Assembly: GCA_963764165.1 (NCBI GenBank)
Contig: CAVXRD010000001.1
Coordinates: 96,001-160,000 of the forward strand
Reading direction: 5' to 3'
Source: an uncultured Verrucomicrobiae bacterium
Lineage (GTDB): Bacteria > Verrucomicrobiota > Verrucomicrobiia > Limisphaerales > Palsa-1400
DNA length: 64,000 nt
Shown here: piece by piece, positions 29,531-40,354 of the stretch
How the letters are laid out: each line of letters starts with the position of its first letter
Position numbering within the stretch: the stretch's first letter is position 1
The notes under the pieces: generated by a model
What the model was told of the DNA's origin: nothing
The model's database searches: none
The model's input: only the letters and a program-made list of their open reading frames with translations
Program-made: the position numbers and the translations under genes

Positions 29531-30204
29531 GGCGCCTGAATCTGCGCCGCGGTCAAGCGATGGCTGTGGTCCGGAGAAATGGCGCCGAGGCTGATAATGA
29601 ACTTGATCCCATCCGCCACGGACATATCCAAAACCGTGACCTCACTCTGCGGCACCATCACCAGAAAACCGGAGGTGGGATTCGGCGTCGTTGGAATGAA
29701 AACGCTGACCAGTTTCTGCCCATCCGCGCCAACTTGCTCTCCCGTGACAAACCCGACGGATTTGGATTTCCCGTGCGGAAATGTCACCAGCACCACTTGC
29801 TTAAAGGACGACTTGTTGCTGCTGAACGATTCGTTGACCTGCTTGATCGTGCCGTAAATCTTGTTCATCAACGGCACGCGCATCATCACCCTATCCAGCA
29901 TTTCGAGCATTTTCCGCCCGAGGTAATTTCGCGCGTAGCGGCCAATCAAGCACACCAGAAACACCGCCCACAGCAGCGCAATCCAGCTCCAATACCATTG
30001 CTTGTCGCCAAAACCGCCGTCGCGGGTTCGCGGATAAATCCACGTCTTCGGGAGGAAGAAGAGCATCTTGTCGGTGACGTTGGAGACGTTTTGAAAAATC
30101 CAAACCACCACCGCCACCGAGATCACGACGGGCATGACGATGGCCAGACCCGCGAAGAAATTGGCTCGCCAGCGCTTAAGAAAGTTGCTTTCAGCTATCG
30201 GCAC
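29527..30204 (-). CDS. DUF502 family membrane protein
   Basis: FFAGLAIVMP, RVPLMNKIYGTIKQ, VFIPTTPNPTSGFL. Confidence 0.9.
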   Translation of the reverse strand: MPIAESNFLKRWRANFFAGLAIVMPVVISVAVVVWIFQNVSNVTDKMLFFLPKTWIYPRTRDGGFGDKQWYWSWIALLWAVFLVCLIGRYARNYLGRKMLEMLDRVMMRVPLMNKIYGTIKQVNESFSSNKSSFKQVVLVTFPHGKSKSVGFVTGEQVGADGQKLVSVFIPTTPNPTSGFLVMVPQSEVTVLDMSVADGIKFIISLGAISPDHSHRLTAAQIQAP

Positions 30205-30662
30205 GACCGGGCCAGTTTGCTCAAATCAAACCGCCCTGACAATTCCTTTACGAGGCGGTTTTCCTCCCGCTTCATCACGCGCCTCAGACCGGGCTCCGTG
30301 TCATCGTAGCCTCGCAGATGCAGAACGCCATGCACGACGTAGCGGGCTAATTCATCCGTCCAAGGAACGCGAAACTGCCGCGCGTAGGCCATTGCGTCCG
30401 GAACCGAAATGTAAATCTCGCCTTGGATTTTGGACGCGGCTGCCGGCTCCTGGTAATCGAAGGTAATGACATCGGTCGAGCCTTGATGGCCCAGGAACGT
30501 TTCGTTGACAGCTGCCATTTCGCCGGCTTCCACAAAGTGGATCCCTAATTCGTATTCCGCGTAACCCGATAGATCCTCCAAAACGCATCGCGTAACGCAA
30601 CGCCACGCGACTCGATCTATAATGATCTTTTTTTGCCGGCTGAAAAACTGAACCAGCTTCAT
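30195..30662 (-). CDS. ybeY: rRNA maturation endoribonuclease YbeY
   Basis: TDVITF and HGVLHLRGYDD zinc motif. Confidence 0.93.
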   Translation of the reverse strand: MKLVQFFSRQKKIIIDRVAWRCVTRCVLEDLSGYAEYELGIHFVEAGEMAAVNETFLGHQGSTDVITFDYQEPAAASKIQGEIYISVPDAMAYARQFRVPWTDELARYVVHGVLHLRGYDDTEPGLRRVMKREENRLVKELSGRFDLSKLARSCR

Positions 30663-31618
30663 TTCGGCGGATGGCGGTGATCTTCGTAAGCCGCAATGAT
30701 CCGCTGCACCAGGGGATGCCGCACGACGTCGCGCTTGGAAAATTCCACGATCGCAACCCCCTCCGTCTTGCGCAGCGCCACTGCCGCCTCAATCAATCCG
30801 GAATGCTTGTGGGCCGGCAAATCGATTTGCGTCGGGTCGCCGGTGATGACGGCCTTGGAGCCAAGCCCCAGGCGGGTGAGGAACATGAACATTTGCTCCT
30901 TGGTCGAGTTCTGCGACTCGTCAAGAATAATGAAAGCGTGGTTCAGCGTGCGCCCGCGCATGTAGGCCAGCGGCGCAATTTCCACCACGCCGCGCTCCAT
31001 GTGCTTCTGCAAATCCTCCGCCGGAAGCATGTCGTGCAAAGCGTCGTAAAGCGGGCGCAGGTACGGATTAATCTTCTCGTAGAGATCGCCCGGCAAAAAT
31101 CCCAGCGCCTCGCCCGCCTCCACCGCCGGACGCGTCAAAATAATTCGCGCCACCTGTTCCTCGCGCAAGGCCGAAAGCGCCATCGCCATCGCGAGATACG
31201 TTTTGCCCGTTCCCGCGGGGCCCAGGCCGAAGGTCACGTCATGCGTCCGAATCGCGTCGACGTATTTTTTCTGCCCAACAGTCTTGGGGCCGACCGGCCC
31301 TTTCTTGGACGATGTCGTGATTCGCTCGGAAGCTAGCGCGCGCAACGCGGTCACGCCTTCCGTTTTGACCACGTTGAGGGCGTGGGTAAATTCTCGTTGG
31401 CGCACTGATCCACCGCCCTTGATCGCATTCTCAAGCGATTGAAACAACTCTCGCGCCTTCTCCACACCCTCTTCCGGGCCGTCAAGCTTGATCCAATTTT
31501 CCCGCGAGACAGCCTTGACGCCCAAATGCTCTTCCAGCGTTTGCAGGTTGCGGGTGTCGTTGTTGAACAATTGCTGCGCGAGGCGCGCGTTCTCGAATTG
31601 AAGCGTTTCGGTGGACAT
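30659..31618 (-). CDS. phoH: PhoH-family ATPase
   Basis: GPAGTGKTYLA, LTRPAVEAGEALGFLPGD, LAYMRGRTL. Confidence 0.95.
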   Translation of the reverse strand: MSTETLQFENARLAQQLFNNDTRNLQTLEEHLGVKAVSRENWIKLDGPEEGVEKARELFQSLENAIKGGGSVRQREFTHALNVVKTEGVTALRALASERITTSSKKGPVGPKTVGQKKYVDAIRTHDVTFGLGPAGTGKTYLAMAMALSALREEQVARIILTRPAVEAGEALGFLPGDLYEKINPYLRPLYDALHDMLPAEDLQKHMERGVVEIAPLAYMRGRTLNHAFIILDESQNSTKEQMFMFLTRLGLGSKAVITGDPTQIDLPAHKHSGLIEAAVALRKTEGVAIVEFSKRDVVRHPLVQRIIAAYEDHRHPPK

Positions 31619-31622
31619 TAAA

Positions 31623-32111
31623 TTAGAGTGCGAGCGCCGCGCGCATTCGGGCGGCGACGTCGGCCAGCGCTTCCGGCAGGACGGTGGTGTTGGCTATCAC
31701 TGGCATGAAGTTGACGTCGCCGTTCCAGCGCGGCACGACGTGGACATGCAGATGCTCGGCGATGCCAGCGCCCGCCGCCCGCCCGATGTTGATGCCGATG
31801 TTGAAGCCGTTCGGATTCATGACTTTCGTGAGAGCATTCTGGCACCGGCGCACCAATTTGAAAACATCAGAAAGCTCCTCGTCCGTTAAGCCATTGAAAT
31901 CCGCCACCTGCTTGTAGGGCACCACCATCAAGTGGCCGCCGATGTAAGGAAACGAATTGAGAACCGCATAACAGGTGCGGTCGCGCGCAATCACGTAATT
32001 GGCTTCGTCATCGCTTGAATCGGCGATGGTTTTGAAAATAGAGGCATCCGCGGGCGCCGGTTTCGGCCCGCGAATGTAAGCAATGCGCCAGGGCGCGTAC
32101 AACGGTTCCAT
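31623..32111 (-). CDS. HIT-family hydrolase
   Basis: Start MEPLYAPWR at ATG 32111; LNSFPY..GHLMVVP; AGAGIAEHLHVHVVPRW. Confidence 0.92.
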   Translation of the reverse strand: MEPLYAPWRIAYIRGPKPAPADASIFKTIADSSDDEANYVIARDRTCYAVLNSFPYIGGHLMVVPYKQVADFNGLTDEELSDVFKLVRRCQNALTKVMNPNGFNIGINIGRAAGAGIAEHLHVHVVPRWNGDVNFMPVIANTTVLPEALADVAARMRAALAL

Positions 32112-32200
32112 GATGAATGCGTAATTGCGTAATCGCGAATGATACTTCGGCCAATTCCACCGCAAACGCAAGGAGAATTGAGATTCGCGCGTCGGCAAGA

Positions 32201-32302
32201 AAGGTAGCAACGCCTCGCCGAGGCGCCCGGGGACTCTCACAAGGCCGAACGCGCTCGAAAAATGCCACAGCCTCGGACGCCTCGGCGAGGCGTTGCTACC
32301 TT
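32201..32302. repeat. Inverted pair of GTAG-family REP elements (REPIN-like)
   Basis: AAGGTAGCAACGCCTCGCCGAGGCGCCCG (32201-32229) and its reverse complement at 32274-32302; 28/29 match. Confidence 0.8.
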
Positions 32303-32402
32303 GCCGGAAGTTTGACACATCCATGTTCCAAATTGCGGCGTTTCTTGTAATTGATTGGAAATCGGCCCGGAATTACCGTTCCATCATTATTGACACGGCA
32401 TC

Positions 32403-32792
32403 ATGAAACGGACCAGGCGCAGCAAACGCATCCGGTTGTATTTGATCGGCGGGCTTTCCCTTGGCGCGCTGGCGGGATGCTCGCCGGGTTCCGGGCCGCA
32501 GCGCATCAGTTCGGAATGCGTCTACGCGAACAATTATTACCTGCCAGGGGCCGGTTACTATCACGCCCCGTTCGGCGCATGGTATCCTCATCCGTATAAT
32601 TATCTGGACCCGCAAACGCATCTTTATTACTACGGCGGGCAATGGGGATCTGCGCCGTTTGTGAGCATTATCAATGTGTCTTCACCCACCGCCCAGATTG
32701 CGCAAAACGTGGAGGCCGCGCGCACGGATATTCCGCGCGGCGGCTTCGGCTGCACGGGCGGGCACGGCGGCTACTTTCACACTTATAGCTGA
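32403..32792 (+). CDS. Lipoprotein, DUF1190/YgiB-like partner of Gsp synthase
   Basis: Lipobox LAGC, C-terminal RGGFG motif, located directly upstream of a Gsp-synthase-like gene. Confidence 0.65.
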   Translation: MKRTRRSKRIRLYLIGGLSLGALAGCSPGSGPQRISSECVYANNYYLPGAGYYHAPFGAWYPHPYNYLDPQTHLYYYGGQWGSAPFVSIINVSSPTAQIAQNVEAARTDIPRGGFGCTGGHGGYFHTYS

Positions 32793-32795
32793 CGC

Positions 32796-33830
32796 ATGCA
32801 GCGCCACGTCATCGAGCCAAGGCCGGATTGGATCTCCAAAGTCGAAAGCATTGGCCTCACTTATCATTCGCACGACAACGGGCCATATTGGGACGAATCG
32901 GCCTGCTACGAACTCACGGCTCGCGAAGTCGATGTCCTTGAGGCCGCCGCCAACACACTTCATTTTCTTTGCATCGATGCTGCCGAAGCGGTCATCAAAA
33001 ATGATTGGTGGGCGCGGCTGGGAATTCCGAAGGTGGCTGTCCCCGCCATTTTGCGCTCGTGGGAACGTGATGATTTCAGCCTCTACGGACGATTCGATTT
33101 AAGCTTCGACGGCACAAATCCACCGAAGCTGCTCGAATACAACGCCGATACACCGACTGCCCTCGTTGAAGCCTCAGTGGCACAGTGGTTCTGGCTGCAG
33201 GAAACACATCGCGGCGAGGATCAGTTCAATTCCCTTCACGAGCGCCTGATCGCCGCGTGGAAAAAATGGAGCGGCAAGACTATCCACTTCGCGAGCGTCA
33301 AGGAGCATGCCGAGGATGAAATGACGGTGCTCTATTTGCGTGACACCTGCGAGCAGGCGGGCATCCGCACCCGTCCGGTTTGGGTGGAAGACATTGGCTG
33401 GGACGCGGCTCGCCAACAATTTGTCGATCTCGATTTCGGGCCAATTCAGAACTGTTTCAAACTCTATCCCTGGGAATGGCTGTGGCGGGAGGATTTCGGC
33501 GTTCATCTGCTGGGCGATTCCGCAAAATGGATCGAGCCCGCGTGGAAAATGCTCGTTAGCAACAAGGGCCTTCTGCCGATTTTATGGGAACTTTTCCCAA
33601 ACCATCCAAATTTGCTTCCGGCTTATGAACTGGCGGAGCCGTTGCGGGGCCGCTACGTGCAAAAGCCAATTCTGAGCCGCGAAGGCAGCAACGTCACCTG
33701 GGTCGAAGGCGGCGCAATTGTCGAACAAACAGAAGGCGGATACGGACAGGAAGGATTCGTGTATCAAGCCGTCGCGGACACGCCGGAATTTGGCGGACAG
33801 CATCCGGTTTTCGGAGTTTGGGTGGTCGGA
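32796..33830 (+). pseudogene. Glutathionylspermidine synthase family (YgiC-like) ATP-grasp protein, C-terminally truncated
   Basis: YWDESACY, LYGRFDL, LLEYNADTPT, FKLYPWEW, KPILSREGSNV. Family-like sequence stops at PVFGVWVVG, after which the frame reads out-of-frame DNA of the next gene to 34022. Confidence 0.8.
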
Positions 33831-34921
33831 CGTTTTTTGCCAAAACGTATCGCATCATCGGCCGTGCGGTGCTCGGGATTTCGGATTTTGACGCAACCTA
33901 TTACTGGAACGAATTTTATCTTGAGAGCGCTGGCGGCAAACCGGCGATCCTCGTCTTCGAGGAAGCCGAAACCGGGCCGTCGTGGAAGCTATTCATGCTG
34001 TTTGAACCCGAGCAGCCGATGACCGCGGAAGAGGCGGCGGCCAAAAGAGTGGACGACATCATTGAATTCGAGGGACGGAGCCTCCGCATTACGCGCGTCG
34101 ACCAATCGAAGGTCTATTACACAGAGGGAAGGACGCCCGAGGGCATATTGACCGGAAGAACCGCCTCATACTTCAACGCCGATGCAGGCGAACACGAACT
34201 CGTCGTAAGCTGGACGGGTGGCGAAGTTGAAATTTATTCGGGCAACACAACTTCGGCCATGATGGTTGCGTCCGCCTTCAGGCTTGAAGGGTTGAGCGCG
34301 CAACGATTTGTCTCCAGCAGCGGGCGGAGTTGGATTAGCGGGAAAATTTTGCGAATCGCCCTGACTTGCATTCTTGTGGCGGTCCTTATTTTCTCGTGCG
34401 TCGCCATCGGATCGCGGCCTCGAACCGCGCCGCCGTCTGAGGTTGTCGCAGCGCCCTCGTCTGATCTCAAAATCGGCCATGCCTGCACTGTCAATCAGAC
34501 GAGTTACAGAATTGTGGGCCGCCGCCTGGTTGAAATGGCGGAAACTGGCCGCCGCTGGCAGCGCCAGGAATTTGACTTGCAAGGGGCGGGCGACGAAATC
34601 GCCTTTCTCGCGCACGAAAAGGGCACGAACGGACCGGAGTGGATATTGTATCGCCAGACTGAAGCGCAAGAGGACCTGACGCCGGCCAAAGCTGCCGCCC
34701 TGCCTGCCGGCGCCGGGATCAAAATCGAAAACCAGACCGCCCATGTCCGGGAGCTTTTCCGCCGCACCGTCAAATCGGCAGATGGCGCGCCGTCCGAAAA
34801 TGCGGGCGACGTCACGTACGGCTTTGTCGCCAGCCTGGATTCAAACACCCCGATATTTGTGTGCTGGAACCAGACCAACGTCGGCTACTGGCAGGGCCGT
34901 CGAAACGCCGTCGTGAAATAG
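33828..34921 (+). pseudogene. DUF4178-like two-domain membrane protein lacking its N-terminus
   Basis: TFFAKTYRIIGRAVLG...YYWNEFYL, a central TM helix and a second similar domain (SYRIVGR...WQRQEFDL). No credible start or RBS. Confidence 0.6.
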
Positions 34922-35008
34922 CCTTGCCCCGGCCAATCCGGGCCGCCACGATTGTGTGGCAATTTCTGTGACGCCAACGTAGATTGGCCAAAACAAGTCG
35001 CCCCAATT

Positions 35009-36646
35009 ATGCGCGCATTCGTGAGAGCCTTTTTGCAAACGGCGAAATTTCTCGCCGTTCTATTATTCCTCTTTTGCACCGTCCGTCCGGCGCGCGCGCA
35101 AAGCAACCTGTGGGCGCTGGCCAAGGAGTTCTCGTCGGTGCATCGCTATTCCACGCTCTTCACCGCGCAGGACACGCTGCATTGCCTGGCGACCGACGCC
35201 GGCATCGACACAGCGATCGAATGGTGCAGGCAATCGGGCATCACGCACGTTTTCATCGAGGAGTTTCGCGATGGATATATTGCGGAACGGGCCACTTTGA
35301 CTCATGCGCGCGATCGTTTTCGCGATGCGGGCTTCGCCGTTTCCGGGTGTGTCACTACGACGATGATCGGCAAACCGTCCAGCGGCTGGGGGCCATCGGT
35401 GGCGTGTTACACGGACATGCCGACGCAGGCGCGATTGCAGGGAGTGTTTGAGTATGCGGCGAGCATGTTCGACGAGATTATTATTGACGATTTTTATTTC
35501 GAGGATTGCAAATGCGCCGCCTGCGACAGCGCCCGCCTGGCCAAGCGCGTCGTCATCGCGGATAAAACCTATCCGGTGCCGAGCGAAAGCTGGGAGGATT
35601 ATCATTGCTCTTTGATGGTGCATCTCTCGGAAGACCGCGTGCTGGGCGCGGCGCGCAAAGTGAATCCGAAGGTGAAGCTCATCATCAAATACCCGCAATG
35701 GTACGATATGTTCCAAGTGCGCGGCTACGACGTTGCCCGCGAGTCGGCGGACTTCGACAAAATCTGGGTCGGAACCGAGACGCGCGATTACACCAATGAA
35801 TTGCATTGGGGCGGCACGGTGCAATACGAAGGTTATTTTCTCATGCGCTGGCTCGGGACGGTGGGCGGCGAAAAAACGGGCGGCGGCTGGTTCGATTGGC
35901 TGGGCACGAGTCCGCCGTATTACATCGAGCAGGCGCGGCAGACCATCCTGGCGGGCGCGAAGGAATCGATGCTCTTCTGCTACGGCGGTTTGAACCCATC
36001 GGCGCACAGCGATTTGCCTGGCTCCATTCCATGGCCGACACCGACGGGCGCGGACGATACGACTGCTCTTCGCGCCAATCTGCCCGAACTTCTCGCCACT
36101 GCGCGCGAAGTTCAGAAGCGCCAGCCTTATGGCGTCGCCATCTACAAGCCCATGAGCAGCAGTGGCGGAACCGAGAACCGAGTTTTCGATTACCTCGGCA
36201 TGATGGGTCTGCCTCTGGTGCCGTGCCACGATTTTCCATCGAATGCTCCCGCCGCCATTTTCACAGTCCACACGTTTGACGACACAAACGCCGCAAACAA
36301 AATCAACGATTACATCAAAGCCGGCCACCAGGTCGTCCTCACGGACAACCTGGCGAAACTGCTCTCTCCGCGGCTCGCCCTTCCCGCACCCAATGTCCGC
36401 GTGACTGGGCTTCCGGAGTATCTGGATTATTTGCTGATGCAGCCGCAAGATCATTTGGACCAGTGGCGCGATTTTTTGTTGAAGGGTCTGAACGTCACCT
36501 TGAAAGCGCCGGACAAGGTCGCGCTGTATCTCTTCAAGCCCAACGGCTGGGTTATCGAAAATTTCAACAACGACGCCGTCACCGTCGAGTTCAATGGGCA
36601 ATCCATGAAAATCGCCGGGCGTGGCTGGGTTTGCCATTGGGAATAA
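35009..36646 (+). CDS. Secreted hypothetical protein, probable glycoside-hydrolase-like TIM barrel
   Basis: Signal peptide ending ARA|Q; FDEIIIDDFYF, CKCAAC, IIKYPQWYD, WVGTETRD. Confidence 0.55.
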   Translation: MRAFVRAFLQTAKFLAVLLFLFCTVRPARAQSNLWALAKEFSSVHRYSTLFTAQDTLHCLATDAGIDTAIEWCRQSGITHVFIEEFRDGYIAERATLTHARDRFRDAGFAVSGCVTTTMIGKPSSGWGPSVACYTDMPTQARLQGVFEYAASMFDEIIIDDFYFEDCKCAACDSARLAKRVVIADKTYPVPSESWEDYHCSLMVHLSEDRVLGAARKVNPKVKLIIKYPQWYDMFQVRGYDVARESADFDKIWVGTETRDYTNELHWGGTVQYEGYFLMRWLGTVGGEKTGGGWFDWLGTSPPYYIEQARQTILAGAKESMLFCYGGLNPSAHSDLPGSIPWPTPTGADDTTALRANLPELLATAREVQKRQPYGVAIYKPMSSSGGTENRVFDYLGMMGLPLVPCHDFPSNAPAAIFTVHTFDDTNAANKINDYIKAGHQVVLTDNLAKLLSPRLALPAPNVRVTGLPEYLDYLLMQPQDHLDQWRDFLLKGLNVTLKAPDKVALYLFKPNGWVIENFNNDAVTVEFNGQSMKIAGRGWVCHWE

Positions 36647-36654
36647 ATTTTTAT

Positions 36655-39600
36655 TTACAGCACTTCGGCGCGTGGTTCGCTGGCACGGACACCAAGATTT
36701 CCGTAACGGTGGTAATCGGTGCTGATGCTCTGTTCGTGCAAATACCACAACATCTCCAGCCTGCCTTCAGCGGAAACCGGGACGCGAATCACGCACCCGC
36801 CCGCCTCGGCGCCAGCGCGCACTATGATTTCGCCAATGCCATCGTCCGAAGCGTAGCGAACGCGGTCCGCCTGCCCTTCGCGAATGGCGATTGCCAGTTG
36901 CTCGTCCGATTCCTCGACGAACTCAATCGCCGCAGCCCATGTTTCCGTCACCTGCTCCAGCAACCGCACGGCTGACGACTTGGTATCCGGAGGCACGCTG
37001 ACCGTCACACGCGAACCCGCGACATGCGCGGCGCAGGCGCGGACGAAAATATCGAATGCGGTGTCATCAGGAGCGATGCGCACGCGAACATTCTCCAATG
37101 GAACGTAACGCCGCACGTTGTCCTGGCCGACGAGTCTAAAGTGGTCGTGCTCCTTGCCGAATTCTTCGCGCGCCGCCGTTTCACAGCTCAGAATCGCGGC
37201 AATTATTCGGTCGCTCTCGGCGTGCTTTGCCGCGCGCAATCCGTCATGGATTGCCCTCAGCGCGGGAGTCGACGGGGCACCGGGAATTTTTGCCGGGGGC
37301 ACATCGGTGAAGTTCATCAATTGCGCGACGTAATTCGGCCCGCCCGCCTTCATCCCCGCACCGAAACAGGATTTGCCCATTCCGCCGAATGGCTGGCGCA
37401 AAACAACGGCGCCAGTGGTGACGCGGTTGATATACAAATTGCCCGCGCGGATGTGGCGCTTCCAGTAATCCCATTCGCGCTCGTCCAGACTTTCGAGACC
37501 GCTGGTGAGCCCGAAGCCCGTTTGATTGACAATCGCCACCGCCTGGCGGAGATCTGAGAAACGCATCACCGCCAGCACCGGCCCGAAAAACTCCGTCAGG
37601 TGGGTGAAGCTGCCAGGGCGCGCGCCGTACTTGATGCCGGGAGTCCAAAGGCACGGATTTCCGTCAATCGGCTGCGGCATCAAAGCCCATTCTTCGCCCG
37701 GCTCCAGGACTTTAAGCGCAATCGCCAGATCACCGGCAGGCGGACGGATCAGCGGGCCCATTTTCGTATCCAGCTCCCACGCGGAGCCGACCTTCAAACT
37801 TTGCGCCGCCTCGCACAGCCCGCGGCGAAATTCGCGGTCTTCGTAAACTTCGTCCTGCAAGAGCAGCAGCGACGTCGCGGAGCATTTTTGCCCCGCATGG
37901 CTGAAGGCGGAATGCAAAATGTGTTTGACGGCTTGGTCGCGATCGGAGACGGCGGTCACGATGGTGGCGTTCTTGCCGCCGGTTTCGGCCAGGAGATGGA
38001 GACGAGGATTGTCGCGCAGCATTGCCAGCGCCGTTTCCGTTCCGCCTGTCAAAATAACGGTGGAAACTTTCGGATGGCTGACCAGCGTTTTCCCCTCGGT
38101 CGCCCCCGCGCAGGGCACGAATTGGAGAGTGTTCCTTGAGACGCCCGCATTCCAGAAGCATTGGCAGAATTGCCACGCGGTCAGCACAGTATCGGAGGCC
38201 GGTTTCAGTATGACGGTATTGCCCGCCGCCAGCGCCGCTGCAACGCCGCCGCACGGGATCGCGATGGGAAAATTCCATGGCGACACCACCACCACCACGC
38301 CTTTGCCGCTGGCTTTGAGCGTCGGCCGCTCCTGCCACCAACGCGCTGTATCGCGATAGAATTCCAGAAAATCGATGGCTTCGGAAACTTCCGGATCGGA
38401 TTCGGGCAGCGTTTTGCCGCCCTCTCCCAGGGCCGCGCCCATAAGATCGCCGCGACTCTCCCGCAGCTCTTGCGCAACGCGTCCTAAAATTTCCCATCGC
38501 TCGGCGGGCGCTTTTGCGCGCCATCCGTCCGGATCGGCATTGGCCACTTCGACAGCGCGGGCGATGTCCTCCGCGTTCGCCTGCCGGTATTTCGCCACCA
38601 CCACCCCGGCGCGCGACGGGTCAATCCGTGAACGCAGATCGCGACCGCGAAAAATTTCCTCCCCTGCGATAACCAGCGGAATTTCCGGGGCTTTGTCGCC
38701 GCAAAGCGGCTCCCACTTGTCAATGATTTGACGCGCCCATTCTCCATTGGCGCGAAGCGCGAAATCCGTGTCGGCCTCGTTTTCCAAATGCTGCCAGCCC
38801 CCGGCCACCGCGTTGATTTGGGCGGGCGGATTCTGGCGGTTTTGCGTCCGGCGCGGCGCGGCGCTTGTGTTCGGAATGGCGTCGAAGGCCGCGAGAAAGC
38901 CCTGTTCAAGCTTTTCCCATTCGGGCGTGCCAGCTTTGATTTTGAAAGCGTAGCGGAGGAAATTTTCCGGCCCCGTGTTCTCGTCGAGCCGCCGGATGAG
39001 ATAGCCGATGGCGTTGAGAAAATGCTCCTTTTTGCACGCGGGCGCGTAAAGAAGCAGGTTGCGCGACAATTCAAAAAGCGCGCGGCGCTGATGATTCGCC
39101 ATGCCCTCGAGCATTTCAAATTGGACGCGCTCAAAAGCATCGCGCTCGTGCGTCAAGACGAGTCCGTAGGCTAGGTCAAATAAATTGTGGGACGCAATGC
39201 CAACATATGCGGCCGCCAGATTCTCGGGCAGCAACAACTCATGCACCATGCGTTTGTAATTCGCGTCCGTCTCGATCTTCGTCCGATAAGGCGCTTGCGG
39301 CCATCCGTGCAGCGATGAGTCCACCCGTTCGCTTTCCATGTTCGCGCCCTTGACGAGCCGGATGGTGATCGGCGCCCCACCCGCCGCCACGCGCGCGCGG
39401 GCCCACTTCAGGATTTCCTGCATCGTGCCAAACGAATCGGGAATGTAAGCCTGCAGCGCGATGCCCGCGCGAACCTGCTTCAAACCCGGCCGTCCCAGGC
39501 AGCGCATGAAGGCTTCCGCCGTCAGATCCTTGTCGCGATACTCCTCCATGTCGAGGTAGACGAATTTGGAAACGACCGTGCCGTCTGAGCGGGTGAATCG

Positions 39601-40293
39601 CGCCCGCTCTGCTGTCAAGAACAATCTTTCCAGCCGGTCGCACAGAGTGGCGACCGTGTGCTCGCGAGAGAGCGCCGAGATTTGCGAGTAAACCGTCGAA
39701 ATCTTAATTGAGACAACTTCTGTTTCCGGCCATTGCAATCCGAGGAGGTATTGCTGCAAGCGGCGTTCGGCCTCGGGCTCGCTCAAAATGGTTTCGCCGA
39801 GAAAATTGACGTTCATGCGAACGCCTTCGCGCGTGCGCTCGGAAAGATGCTGCACGAGCAGTTCCTTTTCGCCGGGAAGGATGACATTCGCGGTCTCTTT
39901 CTGCATGTGCTCCTTGACCATCGGCAGCGCCACGCCCGGCATGAAATTGCCGAACGATTGAAAGCCCTTCATGAGCGTGCGATCCACCGGCCCGAAAAAC
40001 CTCGGCACACCCTGGACATCCAGAATGTGAATCAAATGCTCGACCGCGCGATGCGGATCGCTGGCGCGAAAAGCCTGGTCGGTCATCTGCGCGAGGGTCG
40101 CCTTGTCAGACGGCGTTTGCAGCATGCGGTCCAGCTCGGCCTGCTGGCGTTTTTCCGGAGCGGTTTGCAGAGCGGTAGCGCGCTCCTGCAAGTGGGTGGC
40201 CAAGTACAAAGCTTTCTGAACCGAAACGGGGTGTTTCGATTTCTTGTCCGGCACGAAGTCTGCGAACAACTGATCCAAAGGCAGGGCATTCAT
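36655..40293 (-). CDS. putA: Bifunctional proline dehydrogenase / P5C dehydrogenase
   Basis: PRODH motifs LDMEEY, IRLVKGAN, ASHN, YLIRRLDEN; ALDH motifs SPWNFPIAI, AETGGKN, GQKCSA, EFFGPVL. Confidence 0.95.
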   Translation of the reverse strand: MNALPLDQLFADFVPDKKSKHPVSVQKALYLATHLQERATALQTAPEKRQQAELDRMLQTPSDKATLAQMTDQAFRASDPHRAVEHLIHILDVQGVPRFFGPVDRTLMKGFQSFGNFMPGVALPMVKEHMQKETANVILPGEKELLVQHLSERTREGVRMNVNFLGETILSEPEAERRLQQYLLGLQWPETEVVSIKISTVYSQISALSREHTVATLCDRLERLFLTAERARFTRSDGTVVSKFVYLDMEEYRDKDLTAEAFMRCLGRPGLKQVRAGIALQAYIPDSFGTMQEILKWARARVAAGGAPITIRLVKGANMESERVDSSLHGWPQAPYRTKIETDANYKRMVHELLLPENLAAAYVGIASHNLFDLAYGLVLTHERDAFERVQFEMLEGMANHQRRALFELSRNLLLYAPACKKEHFLNAIGYLIRRLDENTGPENFLRYAFKIKAGTPEWEKLEQGFLAAFDAIPNTSAAPRRTQNRQNPPAQINAVAGGWQHLENEADTDFALRANGEWARQIIDKWEPLCGDKAPEIPLVIAGEEIFRGRDLRSRIDPSRAGVVVAKYRQANAEDIARAVEVANADPDGWRAKAPAERWEILGRVAQELRESRGDLMGAALGEGGKTLPESDPEVSEAIDFLEFYRDTARWWQERPTLKASGKGVVVVVSPWNFPIAIPCGGVAAALAAGNTVILKPASDTVLTAWQFCQCFWNAGVSRNTLQFVPCAGATEGKTLVSHPKVSTVILTGGTETALAMLRDNPRLHLLAETGGKNATIVTAVSDRDQAVKHILHSAFSHAGQKCSATSLLLLQDEVYEDREFRRGLCEAAQSLKVGSAWELDTKMGPLIRPPAGDLAIALKVLEPGEEWALMPQPIDGNPCLWTPGIKYGARPGSFTHLTEFFGPVLAVMRFSDLRQAVAIVNQTGFGLTSGLESLDEREWDYWKRHIRAGNLYINRVTTGAVVLRQPFGGMGKSCFGAGMKAGGPNYVAQLMNFTDVPPAKIPGAPSTPALRAIHDGLRAAKHAESDRIIAAILSCETAAREEFGKEHDHFRLVGQDNVRRYVPLENVRVRIAPDDTAFDIFVRACAAHVAGSRVTVSVPPDTKSSAVRLLEQVTETWAAAIEFVEESDEQLAIAIREGQADRVRYASDDGIGEIIVRAGAEAGGCVIRVPVSAEGRLEMLWYLHEQSISTDYHRYGNLGVRASEPRAEVL

Positions 40294-40354
40294 AATTTCC
40301 TTCCAACCTTTTCGATGCCGCCGTTCGCCTCCAAGGTCAATGGCAAATGTATTG

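Noticed and set aside
35063..36748. 561-aa minus-strand ORF
   Set aside because: Antisense shadow of the 35009-36646 gene in GC-rich DNA, with no recognisable motifs.
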